Under the pieces are notes generated by a model, which saw nothing but the letters and a program-made list of their open reading frames with translations, made no database searches and was not told where the DNA came from. The translations under genes and the position numbers were made by a program. This document shows, piece after piece, positions 8,488 to 17,606 of a stretch of 64,000 nucleotides of DNA. The first letter of the stretch is position 1. Every line of letters begins with the position of its first letter. Origin of the DNA: Rhodothermales bacterium (GTDB taxonomy: Bacteria > Bacteroidota > Rhodothermia > Rhodothermales > Bin80); NCBI GenBank assembly GCA_965216255.1, contig OZ244148.1, positions 3,079,015-3,143,014 of the forward strand, given 5' to 3'.

Positions 8488-11146
8488 CCCTACCCTTGGT
8501 CCACTTCTCGGACTTGACATAATGTCGCATCTTTGATTTTCCGGCCTGTTTAGCAGAATTGCGATCTTGCCTGGGAGGTCAGGACGCAGCCACTTTGGCC
8601 GTGGAACTTGGATTCAATGCCCGGAATATGGGCGGTAGAACGGCTTGGTCTTTCGAAAGAGGGCCAAGCTCGAATGCATATCGATATAGCGCTTTCGGGG
8701 CATTATGGTGCCTGAGCGTTGTCTGTTCTGTCCCGTTTTCCTCCAATTTGTTCCCTTTGTCACTCGCACGCCCGGTGCTATTCCCGCTGAACAGGCACTG
8801 CTGTCGCCTTGCTCAGGTACTGCTCCGCAGCAACGAACTCGGCCCCTATTTCCAGGCGGCTGTAGCCGCGCCACATGATCTTGACCCCCGGCGGCGGGTC
8901 ATTCTTCCGGTTCATGTAACCGCCCAGGATAGCCATCACCAGGATCGCCGAAGCCAGATCCTTGGGAAGCGGCAGGCGGTAGCGGTGGGCATAGGCCTCA
9001 AGCGCACGCAGCTCCGTGTCCGTAAACAGGATCTGGGCCTCGGCCTCTGGCACCTCGCGCCTCAATAGCGTCATCAACAGCAGGCGCCAGGCCATCACGG
9101 CATAGATGGTAATGGCGCAGTGTAGGCTGCTGGCCTTTTGCATGCTCAACTCCTCCACCTTGCACCCGCTCTTGAGTACCCGAAAGGCGTCTTCAATGCG
9201 CCACCGCTGCGCGTAATAGTCCACCATCTTCAGGGCCTCCTCGCGCGTAGTTACCTCCACGGTTGTGAGCAAATACCACTCTATAGGCGTCTCTGCCTCC
9301 GGAGGCGCCTCCTCACGGAGGTGAATGCCACTTACCCGCACCGCCTCGCCCGTGAAGCCGTCTGTGGGACGAAGAGCCAGCTGGCGGTAGCGCACCGCCA
9401 TGCGCGCCATGCGGCCCCCTCGTTTCTCATGCAGCAGACGGCCCGACTTCTCGCGGCGGCTCAGACGGGCTATGGGCACCTCTACGAATCCGTCCGGGGC
9501 ACCCCCGCGCATGGACGCAAACAGCTTCTGCTTCCCTGCCAGGATGCGATCCACCTTGGCCCGCACCAACACGTGGGTCCGCCGCTGACTCCGCCACGCC
9601 TCGAAGACGGCAAACATGTCCCCTTCCCGGTCCATGACGCTGATCACGCGTGTCCTGCCACTGAGATGCGAGGCCGCCTCGACCGTGTCGTTGAATCCGT
9701 CTACCCAGCGCTGCGTTGCTGGCTTGTGGGGCCCTTTCTCGGGCGCATACGCACAGCGCAACAGCCCCAGCGGCAACCCCTCTGCACTCAGGGCCAGCGT
9801 AGCGTGCAAACGCACACCCTGGGCCTTCGCTGTGGTCTGGTTGCTACCGATCACCTCTAGACCCTCGCATTTCGGACGCGTACTGTAGGTGATGATCGTC
9901 TCGTCCTCTACGCACAATACCGTCGTCTGCGTACGCATCCGCTCTATCGTACGCATCCGATGCGGTTCCAGGATCTTCTTTGGTGTAACCTTCTTGCTGT
10001 TAACCTTCTCTATGAAGCGATAATACCCCTTTACCGCTGCACTCTCGACCTCGATGCCTGCCGTCATGGGCTCTCCCGGTGTTCGGGCCAATATAGCGAC
10101 ACTCTGGACCAGGCGGTCCGTGCGCCGCTTGTCCCCCAGCGGCGCGCCGCCAAACTCCTGCTGCGCCCAAGTGTCGCTGCACAGTCCCGCACCCACTTCC
10201 AGCCGGGGGTAGGCCTCTACATGCGGCACCCCGAGACGCGCGCGCCAGCGGCGATCCAACTCAAAGACGAAGACCGCCTTCTTCGAAGTGGTGCACGCCT
10301 TGGTGCGGGCATGCCGGCCCCGACCGGAGGTCTTGCCCACATACAGGAAGCCCGCCGCCCGGAAACACGTCCCCCGCTGATCGGGCCCCACAAACGTCTC
10401 CACCACCCACGGACGATACCCGTAGCGCTGGAAAAAGTCCTGTAGCAATCGCCTCAGCACCTTCCCCAAAAGATGACTGGCCAGGTTCTTGCACCGGATC
10501 TCCGGTCGAATCAAGAACCGGTTCAGTCCCACAACGTAGTGCAGATGCTTCTGGCGCTGCTCCTCTGACCAGGCCATCCACGCATCGCGCGGCCCAAGAT
10601 ACAGGGCGGAAGCCGCAAAGCCGATCGCCCCCAGATAGCCGTGCTCGCTCCGAAAGAGATACCGCAGTTGTGCCCCCGCGAACTTCGTCGCACCCTGCGG
10701 ATGCTCTGTGGCCATGAGCGTGTTCCAGATGGCGCGCTGCGCGTCGTCTTCGACCAGCTCCAGTTCCAACCCCCTGATATCCCTGAGTGAAGCGGGCACA
10801 TCCTCTGCCTCTGGCACCGGCTGGTCCAAAAGACGTGCATTACTGCCTTGGATGCAGCGCTTAGGCGCCGGCAATGACAGCCTGCCCTCGGATTCCAATG
10901 TCCTTAGTGCCTTCAGACACCCGGCTTGCTGCGGCTGCCCCTTCACATCATGGAATCTGAAAGCCTCGCAGACGCGGCGACTCAGCGCCGTCCGGCCCGC
11001 GTCGGGGTGTGCATCCATCACCCGCTCAAGCCGTGTTTCCGAAGACCGCAGTGTCCGCAGGATCTGATTTTGGGCAGTCATGCGGCCAATCTACGCGGCA
11101 CAAATCACAATGTCAAGTCACAAATGTGGGTAAAGGGTAGGCCTAG
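8484..11146 (-). mobile_element. IS4-family (Tn5-like) insertion sequence, apparently intact, about 2663 bp
   Basis: Imperfect 37-bp terminal inverted repeats lie at 8484-8520 and 11110-11146. They match at 29 of 37 positions by manual alignment, including a perfect GACTTGACAT inner block. They enclose a single 767-codon transposase gene. No clear target duplication was found. Confidence 0.7.
8778..11081 (-). CDS. DUF4338 domain fused to a Tn5-like (IS4 family) DDE transposase
   Basis: The N-terminal roughly 290 aa carry DUF4338-type motifs (GAQLRYLF, NRFLIRPEIRCKNLASHLLG, YGYRPWVVETFV, GTCFRAAGF, GRGR). The Tn5 DNA-binding motif follows (WAQQEFGGAPLGDKRRTDRLV). The DDE core is present (VMDREGD, YAQRWRIEDAFRVLKSG). 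The Tn5 dimerisation tail is also present (ILGGYMNRKNDPPPGVKIMWRGY). Confidence 0.9.
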   Translation of the reverse strand: MTAQNQILRTLRSSETRLERVMDAHPDAGRTALSRRVCEAFRFHDVKGQPQQAGCLKALRTLESEGRLSLPAPKRCIQGSNARLLDQPVPEAEDVPASLRDIRGLELELVEDDAQRAIWNTLMATEHPQGATKFAGAQLRYLFRSEHGYLGAIGFAASALYLGPRDAWMAWSEEQRQKHLHYVVGLNRFLIRPEIRCKNLASHLLGKVLRRLLQDFFQRYGYRPWVVETFVGPDQRGTCFRAAGFLYVGKTSGRGRHARTKACTTSKKAVFVFELDRRWRARLGVPHVEAYPRLEVGAGLCSDTWAQQEFGGAPLGDKRRTDRLVQSVAILARTPGEPMTAGIEVESAAVKGYYRFIEKVNSKKVTPKKILEPHRMRTIERMRTQTTVLCVEDETIITYSTRPKCEGLEVIGSNQTTAKAQGVRLHATLALSAEGLPLGLLRCAYAPEKGPHKPATQRWVDGFNDTVEAASHLSGRTRVISVMDREGDMFAVFEAWRSQRRTHVLVRAKVDRILAGKQKLFASMRGGAPDGFVEVPIARLSRREKSGRLLHEKRGGRMARMAVRYRQLALRPTDGFTGEAVRVSGIHLREEAPPEAETPIEWYLLTTVEVTTREEALKMVDYYAQRWRIEDAFRVLKSGCKVEELSMQKASSLHCAITIYAVMAWRLLLMTLLRREVPEAEAQILFTDTELRALEAYAHRYRLPLPKDLASAILVMAILGGYMNRKNDPPPGVKIMWRGYSRLEIGAEFVAAEQYLSKATAVPVQRE

Positions 11147-11318
11147 CCCCGGCCGTAGTTCCTGGCCAAGCGAGGACGCGTCGCACGTGTACCTTATGCA
11201 GCGCAGCCATGCTTCGGCCGTCATCCAAGTTTTGGAGGAGTAAAAGGCTTGTCGCGCACCGGCCGAAGCGTATTGGTGCGATCTGGTAACCGGTCGTAGC
11301 TCGCTTGAATTGGTGCTA

Positions 11319-13910
11319 TTAATACTCGCCATTGTCCGCGGCGTTTTTGTTGGGCAGCAGCGTCTCAGAAGCGGGCTCACGGTGGTTGTATGAAGTGCTC
11401 ATCACGCGGCCATACGCCCCGGCCACACCAACTAGCAGTACGTCGCCTTCTTCCGTTGCGGGCAGTCTGCGGCCGCGGCCCAAAATGTCGCCCGTTTCGC
11501 ATATTGGCCCCACAATATCGGCGGTTAGGATCTTTGGCGCACCCAGGCGTGTCAGGTTGACGATAGGGTGGTGAGAGCCGTAGAGTGCAGGTCTAATGAG
11601 AGAATTCATGCCCGTCTCGACGCCTACGTAGCATTGAGTCCCTTTCCTTTTTACCTGTGTTACACGTGCCAGGAGCACGCCGGCTTCCGCAACCAGATAC
11701 CTGCCGGGCTCCATCCACAACTCGAGTCCTGGATGTGCTTTCCTAAATCGGGCGAGGCTGTTGCCAAGCGTATCGAGGTTTAGCGGGAGCGTACCAGGAC
11801 GTTCCGGTACACCGAGGCCGCCACCGATGTTAATGAGGCGTACATCCGGAAAACGGTCAATCAGCGAGCTAAGAAAAAAGGCTATTTCGGACCAGGTCTC
11901 GGGAGTTAGAATCCCGCTGCCCACATGCGCATGAAAGCCTATGATACGTGTTCCAAGGGCGCGGGCCTTGGCGCCGAGCCGCGGCAGTGCGTCCGGAGAT
12001 ATGCCGAATTTGGATTGGGCTCCCGCCGTCCGCACGTGTCTGTGGTGGCCGTGTCCGCGGCCCGGATCCACTCGCACGATGACATCCCTGGCCGCGAACG
12101 TGTCTGGCCAGAGCTCAAGCGGCCGAATACTGTCTAGCGTCACGTAGCCGGCCTGCGCGAAGCCTGACTCGAATTCTTCCCGCGGAGCAAAATTCGGGGT
12201 AAAGAGAATCCGCTCGGACTCAAGGCGCGGGAAAATCGCACGAAGATATTCCAGCTCGCCGGGTGATACGCACTCGAACCCCAGTCCGACGCTGTGGAAA
12301 ACACGCAGGACATCGGCATGCGCACAGGCCTTCATGGCGTAAAATGAGCGGTCAACAGTATCCAGTTTCTGCAGCCGCGATGCGCTCTCATACAATGTGG
12401 CAGCATCGTAGACGTATCGGGGCGTTTCCAAGGCAAGCAGGTCGTCGCGGCGCGCGTGCCACCATGGCAGTGAGGCAGCGGGTGTGTCGACCTCGAATAA
12501 TTTCCGGTAGGTTGCGCCGAAAGGATCGTGGGCGCCGATGGCCGCAAATACCTGGGCATGCAGCTTCGTAACCAGTCGTAGCGCGCGCGGCTCCTCCACC
12601 ACAAAAGTGAAATTGAGATCGCTCGCTGCCTGGGTCACCAGCAGCACTTGCTGCTCATCCAGTACCTCGAGTGCCGGCCCGAGTTCATGTAGTACGCTGC
12701 GAAGCTGGCGGCCCACAAGGCTTACGGCCGCGCACGGCCCGATCAGCCGCGCACGGCAGAAGCTGCCTAGCGTGCTAAGGACAGCGTTGAGCGTATTGGA
12801 TTCAGGCTCGGCGCCATGGATGGGGTCAATGGAGACGGTCACATTGGTCTCCGAGGTAGCCACCAGGCCAATAGATAGGCCATACCGCTCGAATACGGTA
12901 AAGGCCCGGGAGAGAAAGCCTACCTGGTGCCACATCTGTGGGGTCTCTAGCGCAATAAGCGTCAAGCCGGCGCGCATGGAAATGGCCTTGATCTGGGCGC
13001 CGTGACCGTGCACATGGGCGGCGATTTCCGTTCCCTCAATTCCCGGTGCATCCGTGCAGCGCAGATACAGCGGTATGTGCTGGTCCCGCAAGGGCCGCAG
13101 ACAATGCGGATGCAGTACCTCTGCACCTGTACTGGCAAGCTCCTGCGCCTCGTCATAGTCCAAATAGCGCAGCAGGCGTGCGGATGGAATAAGACGCGGG
13201 TCGGCCGTAAACATGCCCGGGACATCCGTCCATATTTCGAGGCGCAGGGCTTGAAGTTTTGCCGCAAAGCAAGCCGCTGACGTATCGGAGCCTCCCCAGC
13301 CCATAAGTACCGTTTGCCCCTGATCGTTGCCGGCGATAAATCCTTGAGTTACAGCCACACCACTCCCCGCTAGTGTGCGCTGAAGCTCTGAATCGGGTTC
13401 GAAGCTACATGTGGCCGCCAGGTAGCGCCGATGTGGAATCATGCGGGGCTCTTCTACGGCTCTGAGTAACGTGCGCGCATCCAGCCAGGTGACTTCAATT
13501 CCTTGCTTTTGCAGATAGGCTGCCCCGAGTGTCGTCAACATGAGCTCGCCAATTGCCAGCACGCGAGCCTGGGTCGCCGGACTGGATTCCGCCGTCAAGC
13601 TGATGCCAAGCGACAACCGCTCCAATTCCTGAAAATATGGCGAGAGTAGATCTCTTCCGTTCAGGTCCAGACATTTTGCCAAGTCGAGGTGCTGTTCCCG
13701 TATCCAATCATTTTCCGAACTTCCGTCGCCGCCAGTGACGGCACGAATCAGGGCTTCGAGTCGACGCGAAACATGACCGAGCGCGGAAAAGACAACGAAT
13801 GGGCGCTCCCCACGTGCCTGACACTGCCGGACAATGCTAGCAATCGTCTGCCACTGTGTGAGCGTGGTCACACTTGTGCCGCCGAATTTGAGTACAACCC
13901 AGGAATCCAC
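11319..13910 (-). CDS. lysC/lysA: Bifunctional aspartate kinase / diaminopimelate decarboxylase
   Basis: The N-terminus VVLKFGGTSV and the ACT-region layout are typical of aspartokinase. The C-terminal half has the PLP-dependent Orn/DAP/Arg decarboxylase pattern (YAMKACAHADVL, HAHVGSG, GGGLGV, GPICETGD). The start codon is GTG. Confidence 0.9.
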   Translation of the reverse strand: MDSWVVLKFGGTSVTTLTQWQTIASIVRQCQARGERPFVVFSALGHVSRRLEALIRAVTGGDGSSENDWIREQHLDLAKCLDLNGRDLLSPYFQELERLSLGISLTAESSPATQARVLAIGELMLTTLGAAYLQKQGIEVTWLDARTLLRAVEEPRMIPHRRYLAATCSFEPDSELQRTLAGSGVAVTQGFIAGNDQGQTVLMGWGGSDTSAACFAAKLQALRLEIWTDVPGMFTADPRLIPSARLLRYLDYDEAQELASTGAEVLHPHCLRPLRDQHIPLYLRCTDAPGIEGTEIAAHVHGHGAQIKAISMRAGLTLIALETPQMWHQVGFLSRAFTVFERYGLSIGLVATSETNVTVSIDPIHGAEPESNTLNAVLSTLGSFCRARLIGPCAAVSLVGRQLRSVLHELGPALEVLDEQQVLLVTQAASDLNFTFVVEEPRALRLVTKLHAQVFAAIGAHDPFGATYRKLFEVDTPAASLPWWHARRDDLLALETPRYVYDAATLYESASRLQKLDTVDRSFYAMKACAHADVLRVFHSVGLGFECVSPGELEYLRAIFPRLESERILFTPNFAPREEFESGFAQAGYVTLDSIRPLELWPDTFAARDVIVRVDPGRGHGHHRHVRTAGAQSKFGISPDALPRLGAKARALGTRIIGFHAHVGSGILTPETWSEIAFFLSSLIDRFPDVRLINIGGGLGVPERPGTLPLNLDTLGNSLARFRKAHPGLELWMEPGRYLVAEAGVLLARVTQVKRKGTQCYVGVETGMNSLIRPALYGSHHPIVNLTRLGAPKILTADIVGPICETGDILGRGRRLPATEEGDVLLVGVAGAYGRVMSTSYNHREPASETLLPNKNAADNGEY

Positions 13911-13911
13911 G

Positions 13912-14592
13912 ATGGGCAGACATTATTTTGGCTTTGGCACGAAACCGGTTAGCGCGATGCTGCTCGAAGATGCATGGACCCTACTAAAGGAAAAGGTTTT
14001 CCAAACCCCATCAACGCCGACTTTGTTCAATCCTTACAGGGACGTTCATCCCGTCTATGATCGGCGCGGCGCCGCACAACTGCGACAGCGCAACCTGCGA
14101 AATTATCTCGAATGCTACGCGGTGCGTCCCGATGTCTTCCTTCTGGCAGAGGCGCCTGGGCCCTGGGGGTGCAGGTTTTCGGGTGTCCCGCTGGTTTCCG
14201 AATCGCAGCTTGCTGACCCTGAATTTCCGGTAACCGGGAAGGCGACAAGCGTTGCCGCAGAGCCTTTTTCGGAGTATAGTGCCCGCATCTACTGGAAGAC
14301 GCTGCAGCCGTGGTTTCCGTGTTTCTTTACCTGGAATACGGTACCCTACCATCCGCATCATGAAGGTCGGCCCCTGTCCATACGCGCGCCGACTGCACGG
14401 GAAGTGTCCGCATCAACGGATGTTGTGGCAGGGCTCTTGCAACTTATGCAGCCCCGCCTGACACTTGCGATTGGGCGCAAGGCGGAGCGGGCACTCCGAC
14501 TGGTGGGTATAGAGGCCACCTACATTCGGCACCCGTCCCAGGGCGGTGCGAAGCAGTTCGCCTCAGGCATAATAGCCGCGCTCTCGGCGTGA
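13912..14592 (+). CDS. Uracil-DNA glycosylase superfamily protein
   Basis: A motif-A-like AEAPGPWGCRFSGVPL and a motif-B-like HPSQGG are present. The subfamily is not assignable by eye. An alternative start is possible at 13957. Confidence 0.6.
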   Translation: MGRHYFGFGTKPVSAMLLEDAWTLLKEKVFQTPSTPTLFNPYRDVHPVYDRRGAAQLRQRNLRNYLECYAVRPDVFLLAEAPGPWGCRFSGVPLVSESQLADPEFPVTGKATSVAAEPFSEYSARIYWKTLQPWFPCFFTWNTVPYHPHHEGRPLSIRAPTAREVSASTDVVAGLLQLMQPRLTLAIGRKAERALRLVGIEATYIRHPSQGGAKQFASGIIAALSA

Positions 14593-14657
14593 GTTGCACC
14601 TGGCCGGCGTCCTTTGTTCCTTGGAGGGATGTTACTGGTTTCTGCCGGCATGAATTC

Positions 14658-15599
14658 ATGAACATGCATAGGCGGCGCTTGGCCATTGTGCCGGAACTGG
14701 AAAAGGATGGGTGGCACCGTGCGGCCGATCTGGCCAGCCGCCTTGGCGTCAGCACGCGCACTATTTATCGGGACCTGGCCGCGTTGCAGCACGAGGGCCT
14801 TCCGATTGTGGCCGTACCGGGCAGGGGGTATCGGCTAAGTGAGGACTTCTTATTGCCCCCGGTTACCCTGACGGCGGACGAAGCCGTGGTGCTGCTGCGG
14901 AGCGCCAGCGCGGCGGAGGACAGGCTGGGCGTGATCCACCAGGCGGCAGCACTTTCGGTCAGGGCGAAGCTCACGGCCGCACTGCCGGAGCGGCTGCGCG
15001 CCGAGGCACTGACGCTTCAGGCTGCCTTGCAACTGGTTCCCATCAACCTCTTTGATGACCCGGCTGAACAGGCTGGCATTGAAATCCTCCGACGCGCCCT
15101 GGCGGAGCGCCGCGTCATCGGCTGCACACTGCGCGGTGGTTGTGCCAAAGCTCTTGAACCGTACGCATTAAGCCACGTTGCAGGTGCCTGGAAGCTCATA
15201 GGCCTGGATCGTGCGGACGGAGTCGTACGCCATTATCATGTCGGCGACATGACGGAGCTCCGACTTTTTGTCGACAATTTTGAGAGACCGCAGGCATACT
15301 GTCCGACGCGAGAAACGGGACGGGCGAACCTCGATATCACGGTGCACGTACGGTTTCGGTACCCGGCGGCGTATTGGGTTAAGCAGGTGCCATCGCCCCA
15401 TGTGGTGTCCATGGAAGACGTCACCGACGGGCTTCTTCTCGTGCTTAGGGTTGAGCGGGAGGCGGCGCTCATGCCCTGGCTGCTAGGATGGGGTGCGCAT
15501 GCGCATGTGCTCTCTCCGCTTTCCTTGCAGCGCCGCTTGGCGGCGGAAGCCTCCGCCGTCGCCGAGCGGTACAAGGGGTCACCGTCCTTTCTTCCATAG
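14658..15599 (+). CDS. HTH-WYL-WCX transcriptional regulator (YafY/PafBC-like)
   Basis: The N-terminal HTH reads AADLASRLGVSTRTIYRDLAALQHEGLPI. The central WYL-type domain reads EPYALSHVAGAWKLIGLD...RHYHVGDM. A C-terminal extension follows. Confidence 0.8.
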   Translation: MNMHRRRLAIVPELEKDGWHRAADLASRLGVSTRTIYRDLAALQHEGLPIVAVPGRGYRLSEDFLLPPVTLTADEAVVLLRSASAAEDRLGVIHQAAALSVRAKLTAALPERLRAEALTLQAALQLVPINLFDDPAEQAGIEILRRALAERRVIGCTLRGGCAKALEPYALSHVAGAWKLIGLDRADGVVRHYHVGDMTELRLFVDNFERPQAYCPTRETGRANLDITVHVRFRYPAAYWVKQVPSPHVVSMEDVTDGLLLVLRVEREAALMPWLLGWGAHAHVLSPLSLQRRLAAEASAVAERYKGSPSFLP

Positions 15600-15614
15600 T
15601 GCCCGGTTCAGTAC

Positions 15615-16976
15615 ATGCCCGACCTTTTCGCCGAATCCGTAGCGCGCCACAGGTCCCGCGCCGCGCCACTTGCCGAGCGGATGCGCCCGCAGGATCTCAG
15701 CGAGTTTGTCGGGCAGGGCCACGTGCTGGGGCCGGGCAAGCTGCTGCGACGCGCGATTGAATCGGATAGCGTTCAATCGCTGATTCTGTACGGACCGCCC
15801 GGCACGGGGAAGACGACGCTGGCGCGTATCATCGCGCGTACCACGGCGGCACGCTTCGCAACCCTGAATGCCGTGCTCTCCGGCGTAAAGCAGCTCCGCG
15901 GCGCAGCAGAAGAGGCAAAGCACCTCCTGGGTATGCACGGGCAGCGCACGATCCTCTTTATTGATGAGGTGCACCGCTTCAACAAGGCCCAACAGGATGC
16001 GCTCTTGCCAAGTGTGGAAAGCGGGACCATAATTTTCATCGGTGCCACGACGGAGAATCCTTACTTCGAGGTCATAAAGGCCTTGGTAAGCCGCTCGCGC
16101 GTGTTTGAACTGCGTCCGCTCCAAGCGGCGGACCTGGAGCAGCTGGCCGGCCGTGCCCTTTCGGACGCTCGCGGCTACGGGAATCGGCGCGTAACATTGC
16201 AGAAGGAGGCGTTGGATCATCTGGTTCGGACGGCAGGCGGCGATGCGCGGTCGCTGCTCAATGCCCTTGAGCTTGCGATGGAAACCACGCCGGCCGGAGA
16301 AGACGGCGCGGTGCAGATTACTCTTGCCGTAGCCGAAGACAGCATCCAGCGGCGTGCCGTTCTGTATGACAGGGAAGGTGACGCGCACTATGATACCATC
16401 AGCGCCTTCATAAAGAGTCTACGGGGCAGCGACCCGGATGCCGCGCTATACTGGATGGCGCGCATGGTGTACGCCGGAGAAGATCCGCGATTTATTGTGC
16501 GCCGGATGCTCATCTTTGCCGCGGAGGACATTGGTCTGGCCGATCCACAGGCCCTGCAGCTGGCCGCGAGCACGGCGCAGGCGTTCGAGTACGTGGGCAT
16601 GCCGGAAGGCCAATACCTGCTTTCGGAGTGCTGCCTATATTTGGCGACCGCCCCCAAGAGCAACAGCGCGAAGGCATACTTTGGTGCCCTGCGGCATGTG
16701 GAAACCGAGCAGGGCGGCGGCGTGCCCGATGCCATAAAGGATGCCTCACGAGACGGCAAAGGGCTGGGGCATGGAATGCAGTACCGCTACCCGCATGACT
16801 ACGCGGACCACTACGTTCCGGCTCAGTATCTTCCCTCCGAAATGGAGGGGGCCTACTTCTACCAGCCGGGTGAGCTCGGCTACGAAAGAATCATTCGTGA
16901 CCGCATGGTTGCCATGCAAAAACGGGACGCGGCGACGGATCTTCGCAAGAGGCAGCGGCACTACGGGGCGCAATAG
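15615..16976 (+). CDS. rarA: Replication-associated recombination protein A (AAA+ ATPase)
   Basis: Walker A GPPGTGKTT, Walker B LFIDEVHRFNK, and the MgsA C-terminal region (HYDTISAFIKSLRGSDPDAALYW, YRYPHD) are all present. Confidence 0.9.
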   Translation: MPDLFAESVARHRSRAAPLAERMRPQDLSEFVGQGHVLGPGKLLRRAIESDSVQSLILYGPPGTGKTTLARIIARTTAARFATLNAVLSGVKQLRGAAEEAKHLLGMHGQRTILFIDEVHRFNKAQQDALLPSVESGTIIFIGATTENPYFEVIKALVSRSRVFELRPLQAADLEQLAGRALSDARGYGNRRVTLQKEALDHLVRTAGGDARSLLNALELAMETTPAGEDGAVQITLAVAEDSIQRRAVLYDREGDAHYDTISAFIKSLRGSDPDAALYWMARMVYAGEDPRFIVRRMLIFAAEDIGLADPQALQLAASTAQAFEYVGMPEGQYLLSECCLYLATAPKSNSAKAYFGALRHVETEQGGGVPDAIKDASRDGKGLGHGMQYRYPHDYADHYVPAQYLPSEMEGAYFYQPGELGYERIIRDRMVAMQKRDAATDLRKRQRHYGAQ

Positions 16977-16990
16977 TCTTAGAAAAGGGT

Positions 16991-17581
16991 ATGCAACGCT
17001 GGCTTCGGTTCGCAGACCAGGTCGATCGGCTGAATGAACGCGTCGGCCGCCTAATGTGGGGCCTGACGCTGCTAATGGTGCTCGTGGGGGCCTACAATGC
17101 GATTGTGAGATACCTTGCGGGATTTTCCCGCATTCATGCCGAGACAGCGACGGGTCTTGATCTTGTGCTGCGGCCCGTTGGTGAGTTGGCCCTGGTGCTA
17201 AGCTCCAACATGTTTATTGAAATGCAGTGGTATCTCTTTAGCTTGGTCTTCTTGCTGGGCGCCGCATACGGCCTGCGTACTGGCGCCCATGTGCGCGTGG
17301 ATGTACTCTACCAAAGACTTTCCGCGCGCGGGAAGGCATGGATTGACGTCATTGGCGCCGCAGCCTTTCTCGTGCCGTTCTGCGTGCTGATGGTCTTGGC
17401 TTCCTGGCCCTTCGTTATAGAATCGTGGGCGGTACTCGAGACCTCTCCCGACCCCGGCGGACTTCCGCGCTATCCTCTGCTAACGGTGATCCCGGTCGCG
17501 TTTGTGCTTCTTGGGTTGCAGGGGCTGGCGCAGATTGTCCGCGGTGTGTACGCCCTTCGCTCGGCCGTTCAGGAAGGCTGA
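16991..17581 (+). CDS. TRAP transporter small permease (FcbT2/DctQ type)
   Basis: Four hydrophobic segments, positioned directly upstream of the large permease. Confidence 0.75.
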   Translation: MQRWLRFADQVDRLNERVGRLMWGLTLLMVLVGAYNAIVRYLAGFSRIHAETATGLDLVLRPVGELALVLSSNMFIEMQWYLFSLVFLLGAAYGLRTGAHVRVDVLYQRLSARGKAWIDVIGAAAFLVPFCVLMVLASWPFVIESWAVLETSPDPGGLPRYPLLTVIPVAFVLLGLQGLAQIVRGVYALRSAVQEG

Positions 17582-17606
17582 CGTACGCTAATGTGAGGCC
17601 GCTGCT

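Noticed and set aside
11211-11271. A 10-bp inverted repeat (GCTTCGGCCG ... CGGCCGAAGC) downstream of the lysC-lysA stop, considered as a terminator.
   Set aside because: The loop is about 41 nt and there is no U-tract on the transcribed strand. Support is not convincing.
13911-13960. Looked for a lysine (L-box) riboswitch leader upstream of lysC-lysA.
   Set aside because: There is essentially no non-coding leader, because the start abuts the divergent ORF. No riboswitch-sized region is available.
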